From Candidatus Eiseniibacteriota bacterium (GTDB taxonomy: Bacteria; Eisenbacteria; RBG-16-71-46; JABDJR01), in assembly GCA_963783375.1 (NCBI GenBank), contig CAWANH010000028.1:608001-672000 (forward strand): DNA of 64,000 nt. Reading direction: 5' to 3'. This document shows, piece after piece, positions 28,446 through 37,508 of the stretch. Position numbers and translations under genes: made by a program. Within the stretch, counting starts at the first letter, position 1. Every line of letters starts with the position of its first letter. A model generated the notes under the pieces. The model did no database searches. It was not told where the DNA came from and saw only the letters and a program-made list of their open reading frames with translations.

Positions 28446-28576
28446 ACATAACTGGCGGTTGAACCTGCCATGCCAACCTGGCACGGCCTTGGCTGTACGC
28501 CAGCTTCGCCTTGCCCAGAAAGGCCCCCAGCCAAGGCCGTGCCAGCTCGGCTTGCAGGTTAACCTGGACGTTAGGC
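28446..28576 (+). repeat. attC2
   Basis: ACATAAC...TTGAACCTGC...CTGGCACGGCCTTGGCTG / CAGCCAAGGCCGTGCCAG...GCAGGTTAA...GTTAGGC. Confidence 0.9.
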
Positions 28577-28600
28577 CAGAAGGGATGCAAGACGTAAGAG

Positions 28601-28816
28601 ATGGGTAAGGACAAGGGCTTCACCCCACAAGCTGCGCGGCATTGGGGAGCGCTTGATCCTCGTCTCCAGACTCGATTGCTGAACAACGTGTGGTGCGTGC
28701 GATGCGGCCCCTCAACGTCGATCGTTGGCTTCACCGGACGAATCACGCATGGCGACTTGCTCTTGGAGGGTTCTTGTGGGCGATGCGGAGGCCCCGTGGC
28801 GCGAGTCATAGAATGA
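28601..28816 (+). CDS. Cassette 3: small zinc-ribbon-like protein
   Basis: NVWCVRC and G.CGRCGGPVARVIE (two CxxC). Confidence 0.65.
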   Translation: MGKDKGFTPQAARHWGALDPRLQTRLLNNVWCVRCGPSTSIVGFTGRITHGDLLLEGSCGRCGGPVARVIE

Positions 28817-28978
28817 AGGTGAGGCTCCCCCTCCTTGGCCATTCTCCCGTCTTCTTGCTTTTCGGCAGCCAATTCTTCGCATCGCTTGACGAAGTCATTG
28901 CAACGCATTGAAATACATAGGGTTGCCTGCTGGACTCTGCTGGAATCGAGAGTTCAGGGAATGAGGTAAACTGACGGC

Positions 28979-29218
28979 ATGTCGCCAACCGTGCTCAGGT
29001 CGGGCCCGTACCGTTTCTTCTTCTTCAGCAATGAGGCGGGTGAAGCGGTTCATATTCACGTTCAGCGGGAGAGAATGCTCGCGAAGTTTTGGCTTGATCC
29101 GGTTCAAGTGGCGCGCTCTACCGGCTTTTCGCCACGCGAGCTGAGACGAATCGAGAGCATCATAGCCAAAAGCAGAACGCTGCTCTTGGAGGCATGGAAT
29201 GAGTACTTCGCCAATTGA
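28979..29218 (+). CDS. Cassette 3: DUF4160 protein (putative toxin)
   Basis: MSPTVLRSGPYRFFFFSNE..E.VHIHV...AKFWL.P, EAWNEYF; TAAACT 6 nt upstream of ATG. Confidence 0.88.
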   Translation: MSPTVLRSGPYRFFFFSNEAGEAVHIHVQRERMLAKFWLDPVQVARSTGFSPRELRRIESIIAKSRTLLLEAWNEYFAN

Positions 29219-29459
29219 AGTCCGGCCTTTGGCCCGCACCGCCGAAGTGACCGATGACGAACTGATTGTTGGGCTCGCCGACGGCAGGGTTATCAAAGTG
29301 CCTCTTGTTTGGTTTCCGCGACTCTTGCAAGCCAGTCCCGCCGCACGCCGAAAGTGGGAACTGCTCGGAGATGGCGAAGGCATCCATTGGCCGGATGCGG
29401 ATGAAGATCTCAGTGTTGAAGGTCTTCTGGCGGGTAATTCGGCCAGGGGTGTGGCCTAA
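29199..29459 (+). CDS. Cassette 3: DUF2442 protein (putative antitoxin)
   Basis: L.V.LADGR.I.VPL.WFPRL..A, GEGIHWP..DEDLSVEGLL. Confidence 0.9.
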   Translation: MSTSPIEVRPLARTAEVTDDELIVGLADGRVIKVPLVWFPRLLQASPAARRKWELLGDGEGIHWPDADEDLSVEGLLAGNSARGVA

Positions 29460-29513
29460 CAACAGCATGCAGCGGACGGCGCCTCGCGCCGCCGCAGATA
29501 CTGGACGTTAGCC
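29454..29513 (+). repeat. attC3
   Basis: GCCTAAC AACAGCATGCAGCGGAC...GCCGCAGATACTGGAC GTTAGCC; TGGCCTAAC complements the upstream GTTAGGCCA. Confidence 0.9.
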
Positions 29514-29535
29514 AGACTGAAGGCAGGTTCCGCAG

Positions 29536-30207
29536 ATGGGGCTATACGAAGTGACGACAAGGGCCGCGGGTGTGGGCGCCGGACGTGCTCCCCTCACCTT
29601 GGCCCTGATAGGCGGGTGCCTGCTTGCATCCCTGCCCCTGCTCCTGATGCCTTCCCTTCGCAACACGCTTGGCAGCGGCGCGTCGCGACCTGTCGTCGGC
29701 CTCGTGACTTCGCCCTTTGTTCACGGCTTTTCCACGGCATCGCTCGTCCCTCATCTGGCTGGCAACCTCGCGCTGCTTTGGTACGCAGGGTCGCTCGTGG
29801 AAAGAGGTCTAGGGACGGCTCGCTTCGCCGTTCTGACGCTCTGTGCGTTGGGTGCCTACATGGCTATCCAGACGTTCGGCGCTCTCGAAGTAAACGGGGC
29901 ATCAGTATTCGTCTGGGCCTACGCACCCCCTCTGGCCCTGCTGCACCGATACTGTCTGCGAACCTCCTCGCGAGCCTCCGGTGGCGATGACATGACTGCC
30001 ACTCCGATAGTGCTGGTCATCATGTGGGTCGTCGTGCCGTTGCTGATGACTGCCGTTCCCTACGCCTTCGGCTGGTCCGGAGGTCTGGTCCGCGCGTTCG
30101 TGGTGGCCAACACCTTCCACATCAGCGCCACGGTCGTCGGGATCGGCGCTGCCTGGGCATGGCGGCAACAGCTGACCTCCGCAGCGGCCGAGATGGGTCA
30201 TGGGTAA
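29536..30207 (+). CDS. Cassette 4: rhomboid-like membrane protein
   Basis: TSPFVH...HLAGN, VERGLG..RF, NGAS, late H. Confidence 0.7.
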   Translation: MGLYEVTTRAAGVGAGRAPLTLALIGGCLLASLPLLLMPSLRNTLGSGASRPVVGLVTSPFVHGFSTASLVPHLAGNLALLWYAGSLVERGLGTARFAVLTLCALGAYMAIQTFGALEVNGASVFVWAYAPPLALLHRYCLRTSSRASGGDDMTATPIVLVIMWVVVPLLMTAVPYAFGWSGGLVRAFVVANTFHISATVVGIGAAWAWRQQLTSAAAEMGHG

Positions 30208-30262
30208 CGGGACCGGTGCCTATGGTGACAGGGCAAGGAACCAACAAGCGAAATGGGCCACT

Positions 30263-30655
30263 ATGACAGATGGGAAACGCAGTGCTGAGTTAGCTGTGGG
30301 CTGGATCGAAGCGTGGATAAGGATGGACCTGGAGTGGTTGAGGGAACGGCTGGCTCCCGATTTCGTTCACACCAACCCGTTCGGCTGCCTCGAGGGATGT
30401 GACCATTACCTAGAAACCGTGGGGCCCATGGCCCGAAAGAGCGTGCAAGAGCTCAAGATCAGAGAGGTGCTCGCGGACGGGAATCAAGCAGCGGTCTGGT
30501 TCGAAAACCGGACACCCAAGGGAGTGATTCCATCCTGCGACTGGGTTCGCGTCGAAAGCGGCATGATCAAGGAAATCCAGTCGTTCTACGACAGCACGAA
30601 GGTGCGTGAAGTCCTGTCACCTGACGAGCAGGAGGATCTCGGTGATTCCTATTAG
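30263..30655 (+). CDS. Cassette 4: SnoaL/NTF2-like protein
   Basis: LAPDFVH.NP.G, DWVRVESG.IKEIQSFYD. Confidence 0.75.
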   Translation: MTDGKRSAELAVGWIEAWIRMDLEWLRERLAPDFVHTNPFGCLEGCDHYLETVGPMARKSVQELKIREVLADGNQAAVWFENRTPKGVIPSCDWVRVESGMIKEIQSFYDSTKVREVLSPDEQEDLGDSY

Positions 30656-30720
30656 CACGACGGCCAGCGGTACCCTTCGGAATAGTGATCTGCACGCGGT
30701 CAAGGCAGCGCATCTTGGCT

Positions 30721-30784
30721 GGCTAACAACCGGTTGCAGCGGACGGTTCGCCGCGCGGCCCGCCGCTGAACCGGAGCGTTAGCC
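30721..30784 (+). repeat. attC4
   Basis: GGCTAAC AACCGGTTGCAGCGGAC...CCGCTGAACCGGAGC GTTAGCC. Confidence 0.92.
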
Positions 30785-30935
30785 CCACAACGGCCGCAAT
30801 GGGGCAGCGACCCAACGAACACGAAGATCATTGGTGCTGGCGGCTTGCATCCACCGGCCGCAGCGCTGCTCGATCCAGCGAGATGCCTGTCGTCTTCTAC
30901 TAGTAACACACTCGTGCAGGCAGTAGGATGCGCAG

Positions 30936-32357
30936 ATGAACGTTGTTCTGGCTCTCCTCGCAACTGGACTCGTGACCGCTGCACTGGCTCAGGCACCTTC
31001 GGATTCAATAGGCGAGTTTCTCGCGACCGAAATGCCGAGGTCGGGTGCGCCGGGGCTCGCTTATGCGGTGGTCGAAGGTGATGAGGTCCGGACCGGAAGC
31101 GCCGGGCCCGTGACGGCCGATACGCCATTCCTCATTGGCTCCATCTCCAAGAGCTTCACCGCCATGGCTGTGATGAGGCTGTCAGAAGCCGGAAAGGTCG
31201 AGCTTCAAGCGCCAGTCTCGCGCTATCTCGCTGTCTTCGAGGACCGCCCCTCCGGCGCCATCACCCTCCGGCAGCTGCTCGGCCACACCAGCGGCTATTC
31301 AACCTGGCAAGGCAACGACACGCACACCGATCGCACGAGCAGCCGGGATGAACTTCAGCGCCAGGTCGCGCGAATCGCTCGATGGACTCCGGCGCACGCG
31401 CCCGACACGCGTTGGCAGTACTCCAATGCGAACTACCTGATCCTTGGCGCTGTGATCGAGGCAGTGAGCGGCGAGGACTTCGCGAGCTACATTGAAAAGG
31501 AGATTCTCGAGCCGATCGGGATGAAGGCGAGCTTCGTCTCCGACGGGGAAGACCATGACGCGATGGCGGTCGGCCATCAGCCCTGGTTCGCCTCGAAGCG
31601 ACCGCTCGAGGACAATCGCACGAATCGCGCCAACGCGCCTGCGGGCGGCATCGTCGCTACTGCCTCGGACATGGCCCTTTATCTGGCGGTCATGATGAAC
31701 GGACGGGACGATGTCATCAGCGCAGCGAGTAAGGCCGCCATGCTGCGCCCGGCCAGCACGGCTTCTCCTTACTACGGCTTCGGCTGGTCCATCGACTCCC
31801 ACAATGGCACGTTCTCTCACTCGGGCCTCACACCCGGCGTCGAGACGCTGGCGGTCCTGATGCCGGAGAATCGCAAGGGCGTCGTCATTCTCGTCAATTC
31901 GAACAGCGGATTCGGATTTGGGGAAAACGCACGGCTCTTCGATGGAGTCAGCGCGCGAGCCCTGGGCCTGGATGACCCCGGAAGCGGGAGTAGTTGGGGT
32001 CGAAAGTCCTTGTATCTGACGTTTGCAGTCCTGCCGGTGATGTTCGTGCTCGGAATGCTCTCTGCGGTAGTCCGGCGGGTCGGACTGCGCGCCAAGTCGG
32101 GCGCCTCCGGCGTCTTCAGCCTGTGGTTTCCATTCGTCATGACCATCGCGTTGGCCTGGATCTCCGTGTCTCTGATCCCGCGGCTCTTCGGGGTTTCCCT
32201 GGGCACGTTCTATCTCTACCAGCCGGATTTTGTCCTGCTGCTGGTAGCGACGGCGGTAACGGGGGTCCTCTGGGCCGTGTTCAGGCTCGGCGTGTTCTAC
32301 AGCGGCAGGCGCTCGCCAGTGTCCAGGGCGTTCCGAGAGGCCCGAGGTGCCATGTAG
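30936..32357 (+). CDS. Cassette 5: serine hydrolase (beta-lactamase-related family) with C-terminal TM helices
   Basis: F.IGSISKSF (SxxK), LLGHTSG, YSNANY, HSG; signal peptide. Confidence 0.9.
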   Translation: MNVVLALLATGLVTAALAQAPSDSIGEFLATEMPRSGAPGLAYAVVEGDEVRTGSAGPVTADTPFLIGSISKSFTAMAVMRLSEAGKVELQAPVSRYLAVFEDRPSGAITLRQLLGHTSGYSTWQGNDTHTDRTSSRDELQRQVARIARWTPAHAPDTRWQYSNANYLILGAVIEAVSGEDFASYIEKEILEPIGMKASFVSDGEDHDAMAVGHQPWFASKRPLEDNRTNRANAPAGGIVATASDMALYLAVMMNGRDDVISAASKAAMLRPASTASPYYGFGWSIDSHNGTFSHSGLTPGVETLAVLMPENRKGVVILVNSNSGFGFGENARLFDGVSARALGLDDPGSGSSWGRKSLYLTFAVLPVMFVLGMLSAVVRRVGLRAKSGASGVFSLWFPFVMTIALAWISVSLIPRLFGVSLGTFYLYQPDFVLLLVATAVTGVLWAVFRLGVFYSGRRSPVSRAFREARGAM

Positions 32358-32424
32358 CCTAACAAGGCAATGAACCCGCCGGCCGCCGCTGCGCGGCGTC
32401 CACGGGTTATTGCTGGCGTTATTC
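32357..32424 (+). repeat. attC5
   Basis: GCCTAAC AAGGCAATGAACCCG...CGGGTTATTGCTGGC GTTATTC. Confidence 0.85.
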
Positions 32425-32447
32425 CGCCCGCACGGAGGTTTGAGCTC

Positions 32448-33632
32448 ATGAGCCGGAGACTGATGTCCCTCGTTCCCCTTGCGCTCATTGCGGCGGTTCT
32501 GACCCCGCCGTTCGACGCTCAAGCCCAGGAGAGGCCCCTGTGGGGCGACCTTGAACCGGGGGAACATGGAGTCGGGTTTCGTCGGCTATGGGACGTGGAC
32601 CGGACTCGAATCTGGCCGCGCAGTCCGGCGGTCGATTCGTTGGAGGGCAACATCGCTCGGCCGATTCGGGTGGATATCTGGTATCCAGCCGAGTGCACTG
32701 GCACCCAGCCCATGTCACTCGGCAACTATTTGAACATGGACTCCCCGAGCCCCGCTTTTGACGACCTCGTCTTCCTCACCCACCGCTGGGACGAATACTC
32801 GTATCGAAGTCTAGCAGAGGACAGCACATCCTACGATCGCCTGCTGAGCACGGAGACCGCAGCGTGCCTTGAAGCCACCGCTTCTCTTGGCCGCTTCCCG
32901 ATCATCCTCTACTCAGCAGGCTGGTTCAATCGCGCCCCCGACAACACGATCGTCGCCGAGTACTTGGCGAGCCACGGTTTCGTGGTAGCCACCGTCCCCC
33001 AATTGAACCCGGGTCTATGGACCTTCGACTTCCGCTCCGATGCACCGAGCATCGAAAACCAGATGCGGGACCTCGAGGTCGCCCTAGCGGTGCTAATCGA
33101 TGAGCCCTTCGTAGATCGGACGCGAATCGCTGTTATGGGATACAGCACTGGTGGCGACGTCGCCTTGCTGCTACAAGGGCGGAACCCGCTCGTTGATGCA
33201 GTTGTCGGACTCGATGCATCGTGGTCGCTCGGCCCAGAGAACGACGTTGCCGGCTCGCCCTTCTTCGTCCCGGCTCAGCACGATGTACCCATCCTCGTAG
33301 TGCGCCGACCGACCGAGGATAGGACGGAGCCCGATACGGTGCTGGATTCGTTGACAGTTGCGCCGCGGGTCGTGGTCGTGGTGCCTGGCAGCGACCACGG
33401 GAGCTTCTCCGACGACCCGGCGCAGCGTCGCCTATTGGGGAATGGCCCCGATAAGCACGAGGAGCTCCATGCGGAGGTGGCGCGAGTCGTTCTCAGATTC
33501 CTGCGAACCACGCTCGAGGCGAGAGGTTCCTTCAACGGAGCTGAACTTGCACGGCACTACGAGGCACGCGGCCTCCGAGCGACCTTTCTCCCGGCGGTGC
33601 AGAAAGGCGAGATCGGCGGGTCGGAGCGCTAG
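32448..33632 (+). CDS. Cassette 6: secreted alpha/beta hydrolase
   Basis: G.HGVGFR, DIWYPA, YLASHGFVV, GYSTGG nucleophile elbow, GLD, DHGSF. Confidence 0.8.
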   Translation: MSRRLMSLVPLALIAAVLTPPFDAQAQERPLWGDLEPGEHGVGFRRLWDVDRTRIWPRSPAVDSLEGNIARPIRVDIWYPAECTGTQPMSLGNYLNMDSPSPAFDDLVFLTHRWDEYSYRSLAEDSTSYDRLLSTETAACLEATASLGRFPIILYSAGWFNRAPDNTIVAEYLASHGFVVATVPQLNPGLWTFDFRSDAPSIENQMRDLEVALAVLIDEPFVDRTRIAVMGYSTGGDVALLLQGRNPLVDAVVGLDASWSLGPENDVAGSPFFVPAQHDVPILVVRRPTEDRTEPDTVLDSLTVAPRVVVVVPGSDHGSFSDDPAQRRLLGNGPDKHEELHAEVARVVLRFLRTTLEARGSFNGAELARHYEARGLRATFLPAVQKGEIGGSER

Positions 33633-33673
33633 GTTGTTTTGCTGCGGGCACCTGGACACTGAAACGTCGGTGA

Positions 33674-33772
33674 GCATAACACGCCGTTGCAGACGACAAG
33701 CGGCACGGGAAGACGCGACCGGATTCGTACGATCGTCAGCGCCGCTCGCGGCTGAACGGCAACACGTTATGC
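33674..33772 (+). repeat. attC6
   Basis: GCATAAC ACGCCGTTGCAGAC...GCTGAACGGCAACAC GTTATGC. Confidence 0.92.
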
Positions 33773-33856
33773 GGCCTGAGGCACGTTCGACCTCCGCTCG
33801 GTGACTCAACTGAGGAGCGAATCATGGCAGCTGGAGAGAGAGAGAAAGAGGCGCAG

Positions 33857-34273
33857 ATGAAAGCGCTGATTTGCCGCATCGCCGACGACATCTGGAACCG
33901 GGGAGACCTGGCCGCCATCGATGAAGTCATGTCCGCCAACGGCAAGTACCACGGCCCGCACATGCCTAGTGGTATGGGTGACCGGGAGACCTGGCGACGC
34001 GCCATCGCCATGTATCGCAGCGCCTTTCCTGATTCCAGCATCACCTATGACGAGTTGATCGTGAGCGGTGATACTGTCGTTGGGCGGTGGAGCGCCACGG
34101 CGACACACACCGGTCAACTTCCGGGCGTTGGACCGACTGGCAAGCAGATCAAGATCGGAGGTATCACGATCTATCGCTTGAACGAAGGCAGGATCGTGGA
34201 GGCGTGGGAGCAGCTGGATATGCTCGGCATGTGGCAGCAGATTGGCGTTGTCTCTCTGCCGAAACACGGATAG
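33857..34273 (+). CDS. Cassette 7: SnoaL-like ester cyclase
   Basis: WNRGDL..IDE, AFPD, ATHTG...GV.PTGK, YRL..GRIVE.W...D. Confidence 0.88.
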   Translation: MKALICRIADDIWNRGDLAAIDEVMSANGKYHGPHMPSGMGDRETWRRAIAMYRSAFPDSSITYDELIVSGDTVVGRWSATATHTGQLPGVGPTGKQIKIGGITIYRLNEGRIVEAWEQLDMLGMWQQIGVVSLPKHG

Positions 34274-34275
34274 CC

Positions 34276-34333
34276 GCATAACAAGCCGATGAAGCGGCCG
34301 GGCTTCGCCCGCCGTCTATCCGCGCCGTTAGGC
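34276..34333 (+). repeat. attC7
   Basis: GCATAAC...GTTAGGC; GCCGCATAAC complements the upstream GTTATGCGGC over 10 bp. Confidence 0.88.
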
Positions 34334-34376
34334 GCACTTTGCTACGGTCTTGCTAGGAGCTGACGCGAAACGAATT

Positions 34377-34808
34377 ATGGAACCCATTATTGACCACATA
34401 GAAGTCACCGTCAGAGACATGGGTACCGCGGTGCCCTTCTACGATCGGTTGCTTCCCCTCTTGGGGTTTGATCTGACGCGCCGGAGCGATTCCATCATCG
34501 AACGGCACGAGAAGCATGTCGTCTCGTATGAGCATCCACGCATGGGTTTTACGATCACTTCGCCCCTACGGGTCTTTTCTGGCGAGGTTATCAACCGTCG
34601 GAAGCCCGGCTCGCTGCACCATCTTGCGTTCAGAGCGCCGTCGCGGGCCGACATCGATCGGCTGCATCTCGAAGTGAAGGCAATAGGCGCCACGATTGTG
34701 AGCCCGCCGCGAGAGTACCCCGAATACACTCCGGCCGGATACTATGCCCTCTTCTTCAAGGATCCGGAGGGCATCAAGTACGAGATCGTATGTACTGATG
34801 AAAGCTGA
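34377..34808 (+). CDS. Cassette 8: VOC/glyoxalase protein
   Basis: IDHIEVTV.D, FY..LL..LGF, LHHLAFRA, YYALFFKDPEGIKYE. Confidence 0.9.
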   Translation: MEPIIDHIEVTVRDMGTAVPFYDRLLPLLGFDLTRRSDSIIERHEKHVVSYEHPRMGFTITSPLRVFSGEVINRRKPGSLHHLAFRAPSRADIDRLHLEVKAIGATIVSPPREYPEYTPAGYYALFFKDPEGIKYEIVCTDES

Positions 34809-34816
34809 GTTGGGGC

Positions 34817-34910
34817 GCCTAACAGGCCGCAGCAGCAGACGAGCGGCGGGCAACCGGGGCGAAGCGATCATTCAATTCGCCGCTCGCGGCTGAGCGGCAA
34901 GACGTCAGGT
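34817..34910 (+). repeat. attC8 with mutated core (GTCAGGT)
   Basis: GCCTAAC AGGCCGCAGCAG...GCTGAGCGGCAAGAC GTCAGGT; the cognate CACCTAAC at 36208 implies an ancestral GTTAGGTG. Confidence 0.85.
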
Positions 34911-34998
34911 GCACACTAGAGGCTGCCTTGCGAGTAGCGCCGGCACTCTTGTGATGCGGCAAGGCTAAGGCTGGAAGTGCATTTGGGAAGGATGGTCC

Positions 34999-36159
34999 AT
35001 GTTGAATCGGCTGTGGGTTCTTGTGCTTTTTGTATTGGCGCTCTCTGCCAGTGTGACAGGGATCGCGAGCCCTGAGGGCCGTTGGCAGTTGCCGGCCCCG
35101 GTCGAGTCAAGAGTCTTGAATGAAGCGATCAACTACCGCGTAATGCTCCCGGCAAGCTATTCTGTCAATTCATCAGAACTCTATCCGCTGCTGCTGTTGC
35201 TTGACGGAAGCCGTTACGGGGACGTCGTGGCAGGAAACGCCACGTTTCTTGCCCGAGTTGGCGAAATACCGGAACACCTTATTGTCGCGATTGACTCGAA
35301 CGACCGTATGCGCGACTTCACGCCCACCGATTCTCCAGACTGGGAGGGGGATGGAGAGGCGAGTAAGTTCCTGGATTTCCTGCGACAGGAGCTTCTGCCA
35401 ATCATTGAAACAGAGTTTCGGGTCTCGGAACGGCGAATTATCTGGGGGCATTCGCTTGGCGGCCTATTTGCCTTTTATACTTTGTACGCGGCGCCCGACC
35501 TATTCGACGCTCGATTGGTGGACGACGGCACTTTGGATTGGGACAGTAATGTGATCGAACGCTCAATCAGCGATTTTCTCGACCGCCAGACGCCGGCTGG
35601 GCAGTTTCTGTATTTCAATAGTAGCTATCTGCTTCCCACCGACGACATGGACCTCCGATGGTTCGATGGACTGGCCAAAGTGTTGAAGGTGAAAGCCCCT
35701 CCAAACCTTCGCTGGACCTACGATCCCATGCCGAGCGAGACCCACGCCAGTATACCTCTTGTTGGAAGCATCCGGGGTCTGCGGGCTTTGTATGACGGCT
35801 ATCTCGCGCCGGAGCCGGTGATGTTTGCCGGTCTTGATGCGGTGCTGAAACACTACGAGGCTATTAGGGGCCGTGTGGGAGCTCCGGAGAAAGTGCCCGA
35901 GGAGGCACTCAACAAACTTGGCTACCTCATGCTCGGCAGGGAAACTCCTGAAGCCATCCGCACATTTGAGTTGGCAACTCGACTCTATCCTCGGTCCGCC
36001 AATGCTTGGGACAGTCTCTCTGACGCATATCTAGAAGCTGGCAGAATCAAGGATGCCCTCTACGCTACGGATAGGAGCATCGAGTTGGCTCAGTCAACAA
36101 AGTCAAACAACCTCGAGTATCTCAAGAACAAGCGGGCGGAGATACTTGGCCGCATGTGA
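34999..36159 (+). CDS. Cassette 9: secreted esterase (IroE/Fes-like) with C-terminal TPR
   Basis: LPASY, YPLL.LLDG, RDFTP, GHSLGG, ETH; P.SANAWDSL.DAY. Confidence 0.85.
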   Translation: MLNRLWVLVLFVLALSASVTGIASPEGRWQLPAPVESRVLNEAINYRVMLPASYSVNSSELYPLLLLLDGSRYGDVVAGNATFLARVGEIPEHLIVAIDSNDRMRDFTPTDSPDWEGDGEASKFLDFLRQELLPIIETEFRVSERRIIWGHSLGGLFAFYTLYAAPDLFDARLVDDGTLDWDSNVIERSISDFLDRQTPAGQFLYFNSSYLLPTDDMDLRWFDGLAKVLKVKAPPNLRWTYDPMPSETHASIPLVGSIRGLRALYDGYLAPEPVMFAGLDAVLKHYEAIRGRVGAPEKVPEEALNKLGYLMLGRETPEAIRTFELATRLYPRSANAWDSLSDAYLEAGRIKDALYATDRSIELAQSTKSNNLEYLKNKRAEILGRM

Positions 36160-36208
36160 TAAGTGGTAGCAGTAGGATGCAAGAATGGGGTGGGGTTTTG
36201 GTGGCGAC

Positions 36209-36307
36209 ACCTAACAGGTGCTTACACCAGACAAAGCCGCTTGTCACGCCCCTGGCTTGCGCTAGGGTGGCGCCAATCGACTTTGCAGGTGAAGCTCAAC
36301 GTTATGC
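36209..36307 (+). repeat. attC9
   Basis: ACCTAAC AGGTGCTTACACC...GGTGAAGCTCAAC GTTATGC. Confidence 0.9.
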
Positions 36308-36350
36308 CAACGGGACTCAGCGGCGTAAAAGACAAAGAAGGGGACTAATA

Positions 36351-36833
36351 ATGAGCCGTCATTTAGTTTTTGCCCTGCTGTTGGCAGCCTCTGCTACCTT
36401 TGGTGGCTGTGGCGAACTCAAGAGCAGTTCAGTTGACACTGAATCGATAAAGGAGAATATCCGTCAATCTGACCTCGCTCTTTTGCGGGCCGAGGAGGCG
36501 CGGGATCTGGACGGTGTAATGGAATGTATTGCTCCTCACGCCGTTTTTCAGCCACCGGGCGTTTCACCAATTGTGGGGCTTGAGGCCATCAGAAAGTTTT
36601 ACGACACCCAATGGTTCAAGCTGCCTTTCATTGAAATATCTGGAGCGCCTGAATCAATTGTTGTTGGTGCCTCTGGTGATATGGCGTATGTCGATGGGAG
36701 AAGCCGAATGGTGGTCGAAATATCGGGTGAAAGAACCGTGGCCGCCGGTAAGTATTTGGGAGTTTGGCTAAAGATTTCAGGAAAGTGGCAGTTGGCAGCT
36801 ATTAGCTGGTCGGCCAATGAGATGACGAGATAG
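36351..36833 (+). CDS. Cassette 10: DUF4440/NTF2-like lipoprotein
   Basis: FGGC lipobox; AVFQPPG..PIVG.EAIR, ASGDMAY, GKYL.VW.K..GKW. Confidence 0.8.
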   Translation: MSRHLVFALLLAASATFGGCGELKSSSVDTESIKENIRQSDLALLRAEEARDLDGVMECIAPHAVFQPPGVSPIVGLEAIRKFYDTQWFKLPFIEISGAPESIVVGASGDMAYVDGRSRMVVEISGERTVAAGKYLGVWLKISGKWQLAAISWSANEMTR

Positions 36834-36864
36834 TATGGGCTACCTGTAGGCATCCGATCGGGTG

Positions 36865-36963
36865 GTATAACAATCGCTTGCACCTGCCAATCGCGTCTGT
36901 CACGCCTTGGGCTGGCGCACAAGCCGCGCCAGGCACGCTTCGCAGGTCAAGCCAACGTTATAC
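36865..36963 (+). repeat. attC10
   Basis: GTATAAC AATCGCTTGCACCTGC...GCAGGTCAAGCCAAC GTTATAC. Confidence 0.9.
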
Positions 36964-36980
36964 GCCAAAGAGGTAGGCGC

Positions 36981-37320
36981 ATGGGCCCCCGGCAGATAGA
37001 CGGTTTCTTCTACGGCTTGTTCATGGACGTGACTCTGCCCCTCGTCGCCGCAGCAACCCTGTACCGTTTGGGCTGGTTCTACCCGGCTTTCATGATCGTG
37101 TTGGGAGCGCACTATTTCCCGTTCGCTTTTCTCTACGGCTTGCGTCTCTTGTAGGGTCTTGCCGCGATCTTGGTTCCGGGCGGGCTGCGCCTTGGGGTCT
37201 AAGTCAAGGGAGGAGCCTTCGCCTTCGGCGCCTGGTTCACGGGTGTTGTTCTACTCAGCTTTGCCGTGGCCGGACTGCGAATCGCACGGCGAGAAGCGGG
37301 CCGGGCCTGGCAGGAGCGCC
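36981..37320 (+). pseudogene. Chimeric cassette remnant: GGCT-like N-terminus joined to a membrane-protein C-terminus with two stops
   Basis: MGPRQIDGFFYGLFMD fused in frame to LPLV..WFYPAFMIVLGAHYFPFAFLYG; TAG at 37152 and a later TAA, then GAWFTGVVLL. Confidence 0.6.
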
Positions 37321-37371
37321 TTCCAATTTCGGCCTGAACCTGCCAAGCCAACCTGTCACGGTCTTGGCCGT
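37321..37371 (+). repeat. Left-half attC remnant (attC2 family)
   Basis: TGAACCTGCCAAGCCAACCTGTCACGGTCTTGGCCGT closely matches attC2 TGAACCTGCCATGCCAACCTGGCACGGCCTTGGCTGT; right arm missing. Confidence 0.75.
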
Positions 37372-37508
37372 AGGGTGCATCGGTTGGACTGGCAAGCAAG
37401 CGCCGGCCACGCTCGAGGGAGTTCGCCTTCCAGGTTGTCCTGGGTGTTGAGCGACAGCACGCCTGCCTGTCGTAGTTGACAAGACGTCCACATCATGGAG
37501 AAGCAAAT

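Larger units (their letters stand above)
27019..36963 (+). mobile_element. Integron gene cassette array, ten attC-bounded cassettes
   Basis: Short co-oriented ORFs, visibly lower GC than flanks, each followed by a RYYYAAC...GTTRRRY imperfect palindrome. Confidence 0.95.

Noticed and set aside
30936-32357. Antibiotic-resistance beta-lactamase call
   Set aside because: SxxK/YxN motifs are shared by many esterases and peptidases; the TM tail argues against a classical AmpC
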